DNA of 64,000 bases from Saccostrea cucullata (GCF_032062105.1 NW_026933134.1:186001-250000), one strand, 5' to 3'; shown: positions 35,021 to 50,380, numbered from the stretch's first letter. Notes: generated from the letters alone by a model not told the origin. Program-made: numbers and translations.

Positions 35021-38000
35021 ACTCAATCAAGGTATAACAGAAGCCATATTACAATTAATTATGTTTTAAAAAGTACTGGCTTGTTTACTCCTATAAAATA
35101 ATTAAAGAAAAATAAAAGTACTCCGCACATTCGATACCACACCAAGTTTACCATGACATATGCTCCTGAGAAATGATATCCTTCTTAAACTCATGTTTGA
35201 ATGTTTACATTAATGTACCACATGGCCAATTTCCTCTATTTAACATACGTTAGATGTCAATACATTAGGATAGGTATGTTCCAGAGAGGCACATTGCTCC
35301 TCATGTGAGCAAAGTTCAGTGTTACACTCCGATCAGAACGTAATTGGGTCATTTTTTTTATTTTATACCAAGGTGACATCTTGTCAACGGTACGGAATTC
35401 TCCAGAAATGTCCCAACAAGGGAATCTTGATAAGTCAATGACTGTGGAGGCAATGACATTGACAAATCTTCAAAAAATGCTAATGTTTTCAGTCAGACAG
35501 AAATGGTAGTTACAGACGTATGTATACAATTTATCTTACTTTCTCATTAGTGACAGTTCTTTTTTTATCAATTAGGGTGCTGGGATGCATACAGGGTTTT
35601 GCACTTAATATCTATTAAAACATGATGATAAAAAGTCTCATCAGATAGTCTATTCCGTTTAACTGTATGCAAGCTGGCTAATTACAATTTCCAAAATATT
35701 CTCAAGATATCAAATGAATTAACAAAGAAAGAAAAATTAACATTTATTGCAAAAAAAAAAAATTGAACATAAATGTCATTCAGTGACTTCATGTTGAACA
35801 ACGTCTAATTGTTCTGGAAATAATTCCGTTTGCCTTCATCTTTTTTTAATGTTTTTAATATTTCAATGCAGATCACACGTGACAAGTGAAGAGAATGCTG
35901 TGGATCATGTGCATAATATATTCTACTGAAATTTGATTTAATATAAAAATACTAGAACTTGAACTCATATATTCAGTTGTGCGTATTATATTATTTTCAA
36001 AAATGAAAAAAAAGATTTAAAATGATACGCTACCAAATTAGATATTTTTCTAATACACCTGTACAACGAATGGGGTTCTTAGTCAGTAGATGTACATGTT
36101 CTGATGATTCTATAATTTGTACCTCAGAAGTCATTTTTGACAGATCTTTTCATTATGATAACAAGTATGTGGTTAAACATAATTTTTGTTTAGTTCAATA
36201 TTTGTTTTTCATTATATCTTGGAAATAAAGTAACCATTGTTCCATAAAATTAAACGAATAATTATCAATTGCCGTTCATATTTATTTAAAATTAATAGAT
36301 CCCTCTTTCTTTTGATATAGAATCTGAGGTATCTCGAAAATTGGTGCAGAACAGTCAGTACCTTCACTTCTTGACCGTTCTATGTAACTCTTCGCCTTCG
36401 GAAACCTTCTGTTTATTATTTTTTGGTATATGTTAAGTAACTTTCTTTTATTTACTTTTTTTGGCTGTTGCTAGACTCGAATTTAGGAATATCTTTGAAA
36501 ACGGTAGCCTGATTAATTATTATAATACCTATAACAATAATTTTTATACTTTATATCAACAGTATGAATCTAAATTTGAGAGAAAGAGATGAATTGTTAG
36601 ACCATAATTTACACACTGAATTGTCGATGGATTTTCCCCGATCATGACAAGGAGCAAACGGCGGGTGTGAACGGTCGGCAGGGGATGCTCACTCCTCAAT
36701 AGCACCTGATCCCACCTCTGATGTTTGGAGTTCCGTATTTGCTATGTTCCTACTTTGTGTTGTTTTATGGACTTTTGATCTTGAATATTGTTTGATATCG
36801 CCATATATTTCATGCAATAGTATTTCTTTTTAACCTGCCTTTTTATACATGATGCATATCCTTGTACAAGAGTAAACCAAAAGGAATTATGATTCATTTT
36901 CGGCGACGATCTGTTATAAGGTTGACATTAATAGAGACTTGAACCTGGCATTTATTCCCAACCATGCATTCTTCTGAAATTGATGTTAGAGAGTTACAAA
37001 AGTACAATAAGTACATTTCTATAAAATGTAATTTTCTATAGTTATTTAATACGCCTACATTGAAAATTAAAACAAGATGTCTTTCTTGCAAAGAAAGCAT
37101 ATTAAAACTTTGAATTGCTACCGGTAGTTTTGAGGTATCTTTTAGTTTAGTGGTATTAGCTGTATCTATGCCATTGTGTTTTAGTGAAACTGTAATGTAT
37201 TTTAGTGTGTTTTCAAGGTTCCCCAATCGTTCTAGAATCTATCCCTAATAATTGATATTTGCTCTTTTCTCTCAAATGACATTCATCGTTTAATGAGCTT
37301 GAATAACAAAACTTCTTGATTTTTCAGTTCGAATCATTTAGCGCGTCTTAAATTTACACGTGCTATTCTTTCAAGATACCAATACTCTCATCCAAATTCT
37401 CTGTTTAAGTCTAAGAACCTGTTTCTGAGTACACTTTCTTAAAATCAATTATAAGGTACTGAGAAACTCTTTGAACTTCAGCAGCTAAAACAAATATCTT
37501 GGGCATAAATTCCTCACATAAATATCTATGTATACAATTAATATTTTTTCTGAATTTACAATCTTCCCATAGAGAAATAACAAAAGTAAAATACTTCGCT
37601 CGTCTTCAGAACTCTCTAAGAGATATTTCATTCAATTTACTGAACAGCCTCTCTCTGTATTATTATAAAATATATGTATGTAGTTAATTTGCACTTAATA
37701 TGCATCCGAAAATACATTATCCTAAAATGGAGAAATATTTCTAATTATGTTCAGGCTATCTTAATAAATTCGATGTTCTGTATAAAATATATATGAAACC
37801 TATTTACTTATACATTTATTCAGTATATTTTTTTCTTTTGTGATTATCAAAGTTATATATATTTAGACAACAATTTATCGTCCCTTTTTGAACTTGTGAT
37901 ATAAACGTCATCATAAATAAATTAGGTGTTACTCTAACTGACACGGCCTGACTGGTCTCCCACGGAGTATATCGAGCAGCTAATTTCCTGTCACTGTTTC

Positions 38001-40929
38001 CTTTGCAAGTTTATTTATAGATCTTTGACATCTTTTTTGAGAAAAAAATTCTTGCCCTTGGTTTTTGGCAAAATATGTAAACAAAACTGTTGTTGGTTCG
38101 TTGAACTGACAGTTATTTGTTTGTGCCTTTTGTTTTGATCAAAATCACTGAAATGAAACAAATTAAATAGTAGTTAAACTACATGTACATACAGATATTT
38201 CTTCTTCAGGAATCTTTTATGACTTCAGTATTCTACTTTGGTTAAACAAGTATAACCAATGGGTTTCCTATGCAAGATTTAGAAATAAAATCCGCGAAAG
38301 ATGTTTTTGTTTGTTTATTTTTGAAAGTTCTTTTCGAGAATTTATTTATTTATATCGAGAAGTAAGCACCATTCTGGTGGAGGGTTGCAAACTTAGAGGT
38401 AAACTCGGCACTCAAGGCTTTTAAACACTAGATTTTTTTTTTTTTTGCATGCCACTCCCCGCAGAGGGATTCGAACACACAACATAGGTATTTCGCGACA
38501 CTAGAGCACATGCTGAAACCATAGTAGCTCCACTTGGTTAACCGACGATTTTTATATGAATTTAAAAATCTGCCTTTATCATGTTGATTCTATGTTGGCA
38601 AAAAATCAAAATTTTTAAGATACAAAATATGTAAGAGTATCATATATTTCTTCCTTTTTATAGTGTAATTTTCATGGCTAAATAAAAGAAATTTGTAACT
38701 TTAATCAAGTTCTGTAAGCGTTTGATTAATTAAATATCTGTTCACCTGCAAATTGTTTTACAAGATTAGTTTAAACTACAAAACATGAAACATATGATCT
38801 CTGACATAGTCTTAATCTTATTTGCATTATAAGAAAGGCGCAAAAAAAGAAGTGCAACATCATTTAGGATTCGCATACCACATGATTACTAATTCAAGAA
38901 AAGTTAATATGTGAACAAAGATTTGCGAGATATGTTAATTTCTGTGTACATGTTCTGTTTCAGCTAATGGTTAACACAATTGTCTAAAATGGTTTCAAAC
39001 AAATGATGGCGTCTATCAGTAAACTGTCAAACAATATGACAGGAAATCTTAAATTACAAAACCAAGAAAATATATTTCTCTCCAAAGAAAATATATTCCT
39101 TCCCAAACATGGCTTATAATCAAGGTGGTATGTAAACAGACGGATTCTCCTTCTCCTACTTTTGTTATGAGGAAGAAATGGATATCAAATGTTATTTGAT
39201 TGATTTATTGAAAACTTCTTAAATAATTTATGCCTGTATTATGCAGGTAAGTCAGAACACATTGAAAAAGCCCATTTTGTGTAACCTTACTCAAACATAT
39301 TAGAAATTAATTATTATTCAACAATTTTGAAAGAAATAACTTTCATGACAGTAATCTTTATAAAATAAACAGAATCAGACAATTGAAGCTTATGGGGTGA
39401 CCATATGACCAAAAGAGAATCTCCAACCTTCAGTGCTTTTAAAAATTTCAATGCAACAAATGTCTTTCGAGAACTTGACCTTTATACTGAAATATGAAAT
39501 ACATATACCAGGAACTTATATGTTATCATATTTAATCTTGTGTGTAACTGAAAATTAGTTTGATAAAACCTTTTCAGAAGCAGATCGAATCACTTTTTTC
39601 CTCTTTATGCAGAATGTTGAATATTTTTAAATACATCAGCATAGAATACATGTACGTGTCAATAACTACAAATACTATATAATATTCCCCAAGTATTTTC
39701 AGGAATCGGAAATATACTAACGGCTGCAGTTATATAACAAACAGAATGAAATCATCTCAGACCCATCTCTATTCTAACATGAAAATGGAAAAAGGCTCAC
39801 TGTGGGTGTGCCCGTTCAACAGGGGATGCTCTCTCCCCCCTTGCATCAGATCCTACTTCTGGGATATCTACAGGTCGATGTTTTTACCTTGTTTATACAT
39901 TTCTACTGTTTGATGATTCATTTTCTAATCAATCAGTGATCGCTTTTTCATTTTGTAGAACAATCATACATATATACCATACTATCCTTCCTGATCATAA
40001 AATACGGTCTACCGAAGATCCTTAAGGTAAGTGACATTCGAAGCGAAGGTTTGCATTTATTATGGTTATACTCGACATGATGAATTAGATCAAAAATGTT
40101 TACAAATACACCCGAGTTCAAAGATATCCAACTGAACTACATTTTCGGCTTTGGACTTAAAAAAAGAACAAAGTTACCATAACTGGCACTTTGTTCATTC
40201 ATAAACGTTCTCTCTAAGTAAAGTTTCGAAAATTATAAATAACATTGAAAGAGAAAAGAAATATTTACAAGAACATATTTTTTTCTGTTATTCGTGATCA
40301 ATAAAATGTACTAAGCATCTACGATAATGACATTTTACTGAGAAAGAAAACGACTTTTCTAGCCATATAACTCTCAGGTAACCTTCACATTAATTCTTAC
40401 ACAACATGGTAGTTAAAAAATAGAAAATGTTATTGCATTTATTAGACTGAATTTGGCGGACATTTTCGGTGATTTTATGCAAAAAACTAATGAAATATGA
40501 GAAAAAATAAAGTAATTTGCACATTACACTCAAAGAATTTGCTTTTCCGCCTGAATTTATTTAGATCTATATTAATTACATGCATATTTGTCAAATATTA
40601 CCTCAACGTTTATCTTAAATTAAAAAAACTCTTTCAACAAATGTTTGGAAATTAAATAAGATAATAATAAACCAATTCACATTTAGTAAATGTTAGTTTG
40701 TCTTGAATTTAGTTTGTTTACATGTAATTTCTGTGAATATTGCTTTTTCACTGTCGAGAAAAGTGATGGTTTCACTCGTGATAATTGCACCCGAGTAAAC
40801 AAAAGGTCACTATACCAGGAATGTGAAGCTAAAATGGTTCAAAGTTGAAGAGCCATAATTTCATTTCAAGTGGATCATAAGATTCTTGACTCTAAATCAG
40901 TCTTTAATTTATGATGTAACAACCATATA

Positions 40930-42278
40930 CGAGGGCTGTTCAATAAATAATGTCCTCAGTGCTCAGAAAGAAGCAAACGACGCTTTTCAATGATTTAGTC
41001 TTCATGATTTTACTTATTAATCTCTTTTAATTCAAACATATGTCCGTAACATTTTTTATCCAATTTCTGATTGTTTTTAGAACTCATTTTTGGGTATGAC
41101 CCTTAGTATACTGGAAAATGGCAGATCCAATAGTTTTCTGGACTTGTTTTTTTCCTTTTGAAAGGTGTTTTTTTCAAGTTTGGAAATAGAAACAAGTCAA
41201 AAGGTCAAAGATCTGGCAAATATTGTTAATGTGAAAAAACAATAACTTTCTGTTTATCCCAAAAACCCCTTTACTCTTCAGGGCATGTGGGTTTGGACGC
41301 TGTCATGAAGAAATTTAATGTAGTGGATTTCTGATTCTAGGTCCTTCCTCTAATAAACCTTTCGATTTTTTTGCAAAAAAAATGCTTTCTAGACTCCTTC
41401 ATATATTAAACTGTCTCCCCGAATACGAATTTGAACAACAATACACCAGTAGTATTTAAGAAAATTGCATATAAATCTGTCTTTGTGCTCTTGCAATTCT
41501 TTGCTTTTGTCAGACCTTCGCCGTCTTTATCAAGTACATCTTATAGTAAATTTTGTTTTGATGATTTTTAGCAATAGATCCATGTTCCAATATCTGTTTG
41601 AATATCAAACAAACGTGGATAACTACAATTACTAATAATTTAAAATAATTGTTAAGACTTTCGTACACACTGTCGTTTTCACTCATTTTTCAAAATATAG
41701 GATGACCTTTGAGTACCAAGCCTTTTTACTGTCAAACGTTTCTTTAAAAAAGTGTTTATTACTCCCGATATGATGTCTATCAAATTTGCTATGTGTCCTG
41801 AAGTCAATCATACATAATCAAATATTATTTTTTTGAAAATTGGCAAACGGTACATTAGTTGTTATAATTTTTGTTGGCAAGGAGGGTACCCATTTTTGAT
41901 GCCCATTATATAATTTTTTTATCATTGAAATTCACCTGCTCATTTGTCTATAGAACAGGCATCGGTTGCTGTAAATGATACATATTTCAGTGAATATTTC
42001 TTTGGGATTTTTAACAAGTTTTACAGCAGCTTTAATGTAACCTTTATTTTCACTCTAGTTTACTGATTCTTTACCATTCATTTATAATGCAGTGTCTCGA
42101 AAAGCCCTTGTTTCCCAGCTTCTCACGATGAAACTATGTGATGAAAAGTGGTCACATAAACTGTTATAAATTCAGTAAAGATTCAATAATGACTGAAAGT
42201 CAAGTTTAATGTCATAATATTATGATATCTGTTTTGTATGCCATACAGTTCAGGACATTATTTATTGAACAGCCCTCG
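40930..42278 (-). mobile_element. Full-length (1.35 kb) mariner element with decayed transposase pseudogene
   Basis: TA|CGAGGGCTGTTCAATAAATAATGTCCT TIRs at both ends. Minus-strand remnants are DIQTDIGTWIY (cf. TGDETW), FLHDSVQTH (cf. LHDNAPAH) and YLPDL*PFDLFLFPNLKK (cf. YSPDLAPSDF), with stops and frameshifts. Confidence 0.88.
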
Positions 42279-44739
42279 TAATTACACAAATAAAGCTTCT
42301 CCATTCACAGACTTAAAGAAAGTCAACTGATCAGCAACAAATATAATTAAGCTGTATTTCAACATTCCGCATAGTAGTAGAAACAAGTGCATAGAACCAA
42401 AATGACCTTGAACATGGGAAGATATGGGTATTTATGTGTATATTACATAGTTTTGACAGGAGAAATATAAAAAAAATAGTTAAAGATAAAGAAATCTAAA
42501 ACAATATTCCTAAATTAAAAATAAAAAATAACTTTGAAATATTTGACATAGAAGAAAGTCTCTTTCATGAACTTCAATTCAACATACCGGTAAATATATA
42601 TCGATGACACTTTTAATTATCAATCCACAATTTTCGATTTCATTCCTACATGTACAATAATTTGATTTATATTTTTGAACTCAATATGCACCATAGAGTA
42701 TGATATATCTGTTTCATATTTAATTATATCACTAGAAAAAAAACAACCGGAAGACTTTAACTTTTCTATTGATAACTTCATTAATTTATGCCACAATAGA
42801 CCCTTATCACCTGCAAATGAAGTTGTTTTTTCTAAGTTGATTCATTATGTAACAGCATGCTCTTCGTCAGAACAATATCTAGAATGAGGCAAACAATCAA
42901 AAACCGAGTTGATCAAACAAAGATATAAAGCGAGAAGTGTCTGTTTTTCAGTCACTGTAGTCTATACAGTCATGTGCAATAGTCTTTTCAGCCGATACAA
43001 CATACCTTCAAGCATATTGCTGACTGACGTTTCCATACAAGATATGCCATTTTGAACATACTGAACTGTCTATTGATGTTTTCCTTTGCTCGATCAAGAC
43101 AAAGAATATATGACGGTTGTGACTGGTCAAGAAAGGGATGTATGTTCCCCATCTCTGATTTATTTAGAGGTTTTGTTTGCTTTGCTCCCAATTTTATATT
43201 TTATCAATGGGCTTTTGAGCTTGTTTTTTTTTGTTCGTTATCTCCATATTTCATAAGCATAAAAATACATTTTCAAAGGACTTTAATTTTAAAAGAGGGG
43301 AGAAATGATGGAGGATTAATAATGTCTTTATAGATTCTGTTATACATTATTGTTTTCTAATTCTTATCATATATCAATTGGATCATAATGAAATATGCAT
43401 ACAATTTTCATCAAATTGTTATTATGTACATATGCGCTATTAACAAATAATATTAGAATTCCGATATGTTTAATATTAAAAAACCTAACATTCGGTATTG
43501 AAAACATAAGCCAAGATCCAATGATAGCTTACGTTTGTTATTTAGGTTAGTTAATCGACCATAGAAAATTGAGAAATGCTGACTTTAAACCAGGTCGGTA
43601 AAATCCCTGTAACATCAATTTATCTATCATATGCATGTTTCGGTTTAAAAATTAGTTGTATAAATGAGGAAAATTGAAGACGGAAATATCTTTTGTAATA
43701 AAATTTAGTTCATGGTTGGGATTTTTTGTCAATAGTTAATAATACTTCCAAATATAGAGCAGATGTTGCAGACTCTGTGGAATCTCTAATTTCTGCTTCA
43801 TAGGTATATAAATATATAAATACCCTTATGACATAGCACAATTCCTGCCCAATGAAATTTCCAATGTTTTTTTTTTTTTGAAAGACCTGTCCTTCAAAGG
43901 TAATATTACAAAAGAGCTGTGAATAAGTAACTCCGGCATCTTTTTAACAGCAACTTCACATTATGTTTCTGTATATTTTTCACAGGTTATTTTTTCCTAA
44001 ATCAAAGAAATCTATATCTTGGTACCGCAGGTAGGAAATTACCATATATCCTGGAATAACCTATGTCGGTGGTAAAAAGGAAATTAGCTTCAAAAAATTC
44101 TTTATGAGAGGAATGGATAGAAACTGAATGCAGATTACTTTCAAGGTTTCTATCATTTAATATTTAAGTTATTTTGAAAAAAAAAACTTCAGTCAAAGTA
44201 AACAAAAGGTATATTAGGACATTATGTTCAGGTATATACTTGTACCTACTTTAATTAAGCTTGATTCAACAAATTTTAACAAACAATGATGATCATATCG
44301 TTAATATTTCTGTTTATGTTCGTAGACTAGTTGTTTATACGTAATATGCAAGCAATATATGTATTTTTTATAATAAGTAATTGATTCGTACTAAACTATC
44401 TTGTGATTTATATTCGAAAAAAATTGTTATTCATATCTAATGCAAAAAATGAGTTTCATATTCGATAATCTTGTGTTAATGTGCGATAATTGTGTGATTA
44501 ATATGCAATAATATTGTAATTTATATGCCAAATTATGTTGTTTTTTATGAAAATTACCAACTCGGTATAGTGACAAAATAAACTCCAAAGAACAAGTTTA
44601 TGAAGAACAAATAATTTTTGATGAAAAACAAGATTTGGAAATTGGGAATACAAATTACAAGATCTCGGCTTTAAATGAAAATAAAAATAACGGGTTCAAT
44701 AATACAAATAACAGGATTTTGAATAGAAAAGTAGAGTTC

Positions 44740-45220
44740 TGTCAAATACAACCTAAGATTGGTATACAAATGCTACATTTTACACGTCATAGATCAAGTA
44801 CATACACCTATATCAGTGAACCAGTAATATTAGGCTTTCTAAGAGTTTTTAAATAACTTTAATACAAAGTATTTAATTTTTTCATTTGCTAGAGGAAAAG
44901 AGTCATCTTGTTCAGAGGCAAGACAGAACATAAATTCAGAAGTTACACAACTCTACAATTAGTAAACATAACAAACAATTATAAAGCTTTTACAGACAAA
45001 TCATTTCTCTTTCCTCAGTGCGAGTGTTTAGATATTTGCACTAAAATACACCTCCCACAAAAATGAACTTACTGGAGTTGTCCTTCAGATTTCCCACAGA
45101 TAATTCATTTTTATCCAGACTTGTTTTAAGCATAGTTTTAAAAATTTCTAAATTGGTATTTATATTAACCCCAATGTAAAGAAACAGATTAGGATCCACT
45201 TTGACTTTAAAATATATATG
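44740..45220 (-). mobile_element. Highly decayed LINE (CR1/L2-like) RT C-terminal fragment
   Basis: Minus-strand FLYIGVNI resembles the (F/Y)xYLGV RT motif, followed by a PIL.. remnant near 44760. Confidence 0.35.
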
Positions 45221-45254
45221 CAATCATTACACCAATAACCTTCATTTTAGAGTT

Positions 45255-46270
45255 CCTGATTTGAAGCATTCGACAGATTGAACGAAAAGGATGGAGAAAA
45301 AATATTCTCAAATTCCTATTTTTACCTTGACCTTTCATGTAGAAATTTGATTCAAGTCATATAATGATATTCATAATATAAGCTAAGGAATGGACCAATT
45401 TTTGTAAACATGTACATGTAATAATATTTGACAAATTGATTAATCAATAGACACCTGGACAAACGGAAGGGGTACATGAACACTTTTGATGCTAACAAAG
45501 CTGGGCTGGTCCCAAGAAGAACTTTGCACTTGCTTTGAATAATTTAAGAATATAATGCAAAAATGTAATGAAATCACTTTGCTTACATGCAAATCAATGT
45601 TATATCATATAAAAACGATACATTTAAGACGCAAACTTGTTTCAAGGTAAAGCTGTACTTAAATCCAGAAGTTAAACAATTCATATTAAGCACCATAATA
45701 CTTATGATGCTAAAAATATTGCTTATACACAAAATACTTTTCTCTTTGATCGGTTCGAGTGTTAAGATATTTACACTGAAATACATCTATAGAAATGAAC
45801 ATATCGGAACCTCCCTTCAGATTCTCTACACTTAATATATTTTTTTTATCTGGACTTCGTTTTTTTTATTGTTCAAGAATAGGGGCCATTTTGACCTTGA
45901 CATACCCAGGTATATCCAATCATTACTCATACGAAGTTGATTCTAGGGTAACTGATTTGAAGTATTCGACGGATTTGACGAAGAGAAGGAAGAAAAAATA
46001 TGCCCAGATTCCTGTTTTTTACCTTGACCATTCAAGTAGAAACTTGAATCAAGTGATACCTCTTTAAGTAAAGCGCAGGGTTAATTTCGGCAATCAGGAC
46101 TGATTGATGAATTAAGAAATGGACAATTAGAACTAGAACGGAATTTAGAGTATGATTACTTCTGCCAACGTATAGAGCTGGGATCTAATTTTGAATTTGC
46201 TTTCAATTTTTTAAGAAAATAATGCAAAAATTAATTTGAAGAAATTTGTAATCAGTTTGCTTACATGTAT
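45255..46270. repeat. Degenerate direct duplication (~700-bp period)
   Basis: CTGATTTGAAG.ATTCGAC...TTTTTACCTTGACC.TTCA.GTAGAAA.TTGA.TCAAGT at 45256-45358 and 45952-46055, and AATGCAAAAA...TTTGCTTACATG at ~45555 and ~46220. Confidence 0.65.
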
Positions 46271-48956
46271 GCATATTGCTTTGGAAGAAAAAATGTGTAA
46301 GATGCTAAGTTAACTGCACAGTGTACAAACAGTGCATAGCATTTTTCTTTGTGATTTACATATTTATGAGATATTCGATTAAATTTTATTCTGTACATGT
46401 ATTAATGATGTAAAATAAAGACATCAATGTATAATTAGTAAAAATAACGGGAGAATGCATTCACAGTTTTCAAGATTTAAATCTACACGTTTTCGGAAAA
46501 AAAAACATACGTAAATAACCCATTCGAGAAAATCTTAATGCTTCTATTATTTTATTTCGAAAACAATTACCACAAAAATTCATCATAAATGTAAATTTTG
46601 AAATTCAACATAATGACAGGTCATTCGCATGTCAACTTTAGAAAAGGTTAAACAAACTACGCATGCGTACGACTTTAAAAAAGGTCAAGAGTTCCAGACG
46701 ATTTTTTAAATACGATTCTCTCTTTTGGAAAAGGAATGCAATAGAAACAGCTTTTTTTTCGCATCTCAGTTACAGTGTAGTCTACCATACATCGTGAAAC
46801 TGGCCATGGCCAGCCGATCCAATTTTTACAAAAATACTGAACTATGAAGTAAATAGCCATTTCTTGATTTATTACACGACATAAATCATAAGCATCAGCA
46901 ACGACAACAATTGCATATGAGAACATCTTTAATCACACAGGCGGAGAAATTTGTGATTTCTAGGGTCGAAAAAGACGCTTTTTATCGCCTCCAACGGGAA
47001 AGAGTGAACAGAGATAAATTAATATACAGGCCCCGTCATACAGCAAGAGGCTAAACACAAACATTTCCGTCTTTAGTGCATAACATTTGTAATCCTCCGA
47101 AGAAACCTCTTGGTGGTTTTCATATGTCATATTATAAATTTACATTGCAAATTACTGTAAGTGTGATTTAATATATTTTAAATTTTTCAGTCCTGTTTTG
47201 GCACCAAGTATCTGTCAAGAACATGACAAGTTAATTTTTACAAGAAATGTATTGTACTCTCACAACTTTTTCTCTTATAGGTAGTCATAAATCATCTCTA
47301 TTTTAGCACAAAGTGCTTGTGTGTTATAATGGCTGTATTAATTTTGTAAAATTATGAATACCTTTACTTCAATTGAACATTGTTTTTCGACGATTTGGGA
47401 AATGAATGATAATGTTTTCCACAATTTTACGATTTTTTTTTCTAACATACATGTATGCACTGAATTTAATAATTTTAGAGTTTATATTGACGTGATCTGG
47501 ATTAAAAACTAGGTTCATTTTATCTTGTAGTAATCGATACTTAAAATGTTTAACATTTTACAAACAACGCCTTCCTTTACATATGCTGCATTTCATAAAT
47601 TCCCGTTACGTTGATGATTTCATTTTAAATATGATTTAAAGTTGCCACTTCTTGCTGAAAATACTTTTTATGGCCCATTGTCCCAACAATTCTACAATTT
47701 TAATGGAGATTGGAAGATTATTTTTTAGTTCAGTTTCCTTGATTGACTTACAAAATAATAATATCATAACCTTTAGGAATATTTTTACAAAAAGACATTG
47801 TACCAAAGAAATAATTTGTCGCAAAACCATGCAAGTGCCGCCATTCAAGATAGGAAAGATGTCTCCTGTCTACAGTTTCCAAATTTGTAATCGCATATTA
47901 TTAAAAGGTATGCAATTTGTTGGTGACTTATTAATTTCTTCAATATTGAATTCATGTATGCAAACACTCCAATATTTTTTAAAGATCCAGTCATTTCAAG
48001 CACACACAAAATAACTTTCATGGAAAGTTCTCAAAGAAATTTTAAATGTGCTATGATTAATCAAGGACAATGTCTTAAAAACAAAGCCATTCCTAATTTT
48101 AGTTCGAAGGTCTTAAATTGATCCAAGTTCTTATTTTTTTCCATCTTATTTTTATACACACACATGTTATTAGACAAAAACAAAGTATCCAGAAGGAACT
48201 GTCACAATCCACGGTGATTATCCAACAATAATTTCACGGCATTATGCATCTTATATCCAATTTACACAAGATAAAGTCTTTCTTTACTACGTACCAAAAA
48301 CTAAAGTCATTCATACATGTATTTAGGCTCTTTTTTTTATAAATAGCCCAAGAAAATGTGTTAAACGATTACGTTTGAAATGAATAATCAATACACAAAT
48401 TATACTCCGGATGATAAGAAAGCATCTATGTTTTGTTTTTTTAAACATTTTTAACAAACATTTTTTTGCCATTTATGAGAATCAGAAGAGTAAAGATACC
48501 AAAGTTGTTCGAGTCAATCCGTTTTATCTGCTCCTTTCTACTCCCAACTTTTATACATCTAATGCTTCTTTTTATATATGACCTAATTAGAATTACAGCT
48601 GGGCCAATTAATCTTTCTGATAATTCTGTATCCTAAAATATATTTTCTTATCTTTCATATCCGCAGGTTTTAAATAGTTTTGCAACCTAAAAATGTCATA
48701 ATAATCTAAAAATGGAAAGGATTTATGCAATTTAACACCTTTTATAGTTAAGACGAAATTTATGTGGTTTGCAACTTTTTTTCATATTCAACTGACAAAT
48801 GAAAATTTCACGTGATTTACAAATTATACAGGGCTATGAATTAATTGTCATATTTGCTTAATAAAGTCTAAAAACTTGTCAGGTGTTATATATAGTTTCT
48901 AAGAGTCTGAAGTTTCCGTACCAATGATATGTACCGTATGACCTCCAATATATAGA

Positions 48957-49310
48957 TGACCATGAAAAGGTTTTCGTTCTATGAATTTTAAAAAACGCTA
49001 TATAAAAACTACACTTTTAGAATAAAAGAGCTTATATAACAGAATCGACCGATGTTTGATAATTTTTTTTATTGCTCGACTTTACACTTGAATCACTCGT
49101 TTTAATGAATTAGTGATGTCGTTTGATTATCATATTAAAGAGTAAAGCCACTTGGTAACGCCTCAAATTCTTGAATATTCTATCTGACCATGAAAAGGTT
49201 TTCGTTCTATGAATTTAAAAAAGCGCAATATAAAACTATACTTTTAGAAAAAAGCGCTTATATAACAGAATCGACCGATGTTTGATAATTTTTTTTATTG
49301 CACGACTTTG
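48957..49310. repeat. Two-copy direct repeat of ~125 bp (period ~229 bp)
   Basis: TGACCATGAAAAGGTTTTCGTTCTATGAATTT...CAGAATCGACCGATGTTTGATAATTTTTTT at 48957-49083 and 49185-49309. Confidence 0.85.
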
Positions 49311-50287
49311 AGACATGCGAATTGTGCCGTTCCAATTTTTAGGACCTTCCCAACAAGTTTAAACATATCCAAGAATTAAGAATACAAAAGATCCAAAATA
49401 CAAAGAAAAAGTACAAATTATTGTTAAATAGTGTTTTGTCAAAAATATTCAGAAATGGGGAACTTTAATTTAAAGCAAATACTCATTTTACCAGAATTTA
49501 TTCACCTTTTACGTCATTAAATCAAGTACTGGTAAAGGTCGTGCCTATATTTCTCATCATAGCAAAGCCTTTCCGTAACCCCCAGGCTAAGTGAAATATC
49601 CTCCACTGAGTATATCTATATTTGGCGTCTCTATGGATATACATTTTCAGAAAACGACTCACAAAGGAACACTGCACATTCAAGAACTGCCTAAGTCCAG
49701 ACAGTGATCAAATACTGCACAACTACCTCTTCAGAATAAATTGATGTGTGCAATAATTAACAAGTGAAGGACACAGAGTGTTTTACCGTTACTTCTACCA
49801 TAAGTGCCATAAGGAAAAAATTGGCTTCCTTCTTCTCTAGTTGACCAAAACGTATTTTAGTCAGCAGATTTTCATTGAAGACACGTATTAATGGAATTGT
49901 ACCTACTTTCAATGTAGAAAGGTCATATAGCATTGCTGACAAAAACTTTGTCTGAAGAACAGTTAGGCCTACTTCCGATAGAATTTGTACGAGGAATAAT
50001 GAAAACGTGTAAAACTTATGCGTTTAATTGTTAATGAACTTTATATTAATCATAGAAGTATTTTACTGTCTGTAGTTTTTTGTAACAATTTTGTGATAAA
50101 AAGATTATTTGTTATCTTGTAATTTGTCTTTTTTTTACGTTCCTTACGAGAATTTGTGCGCTCATATCGAGACGCTACTTAACTTGTCGTTGGAAGGCTG
50201 CAAATTTGGATCAGGTCCTATACTCGACACTCAGGATTAAGTAGAAAAACCTCTGGAAAAACCTTTTGCCCTATAATATACGACGGC

Positions 50288-50290
<3 letters not shown>

Positions 50291-50377
<87 letters not shown>
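50291..50377. repeat. (TA)n microsatellite, ~43 units
   Basis: Perfect TA dinucleotide run. Confidence 0.97.

Positions 50378-50380
<3 letters not shown>

Noticed and set aside
36894-37226. 110-aa minus-strand ORF
   Set aside because: Non-ATG start, no recognisable domain and no supporting exon chain.
42988-43191. ORF starting MGAKQTK as a third myristoylated protein
   Set aside because: The first codon is TTG, not ATG; the ORF is short and has no recognisable domain.
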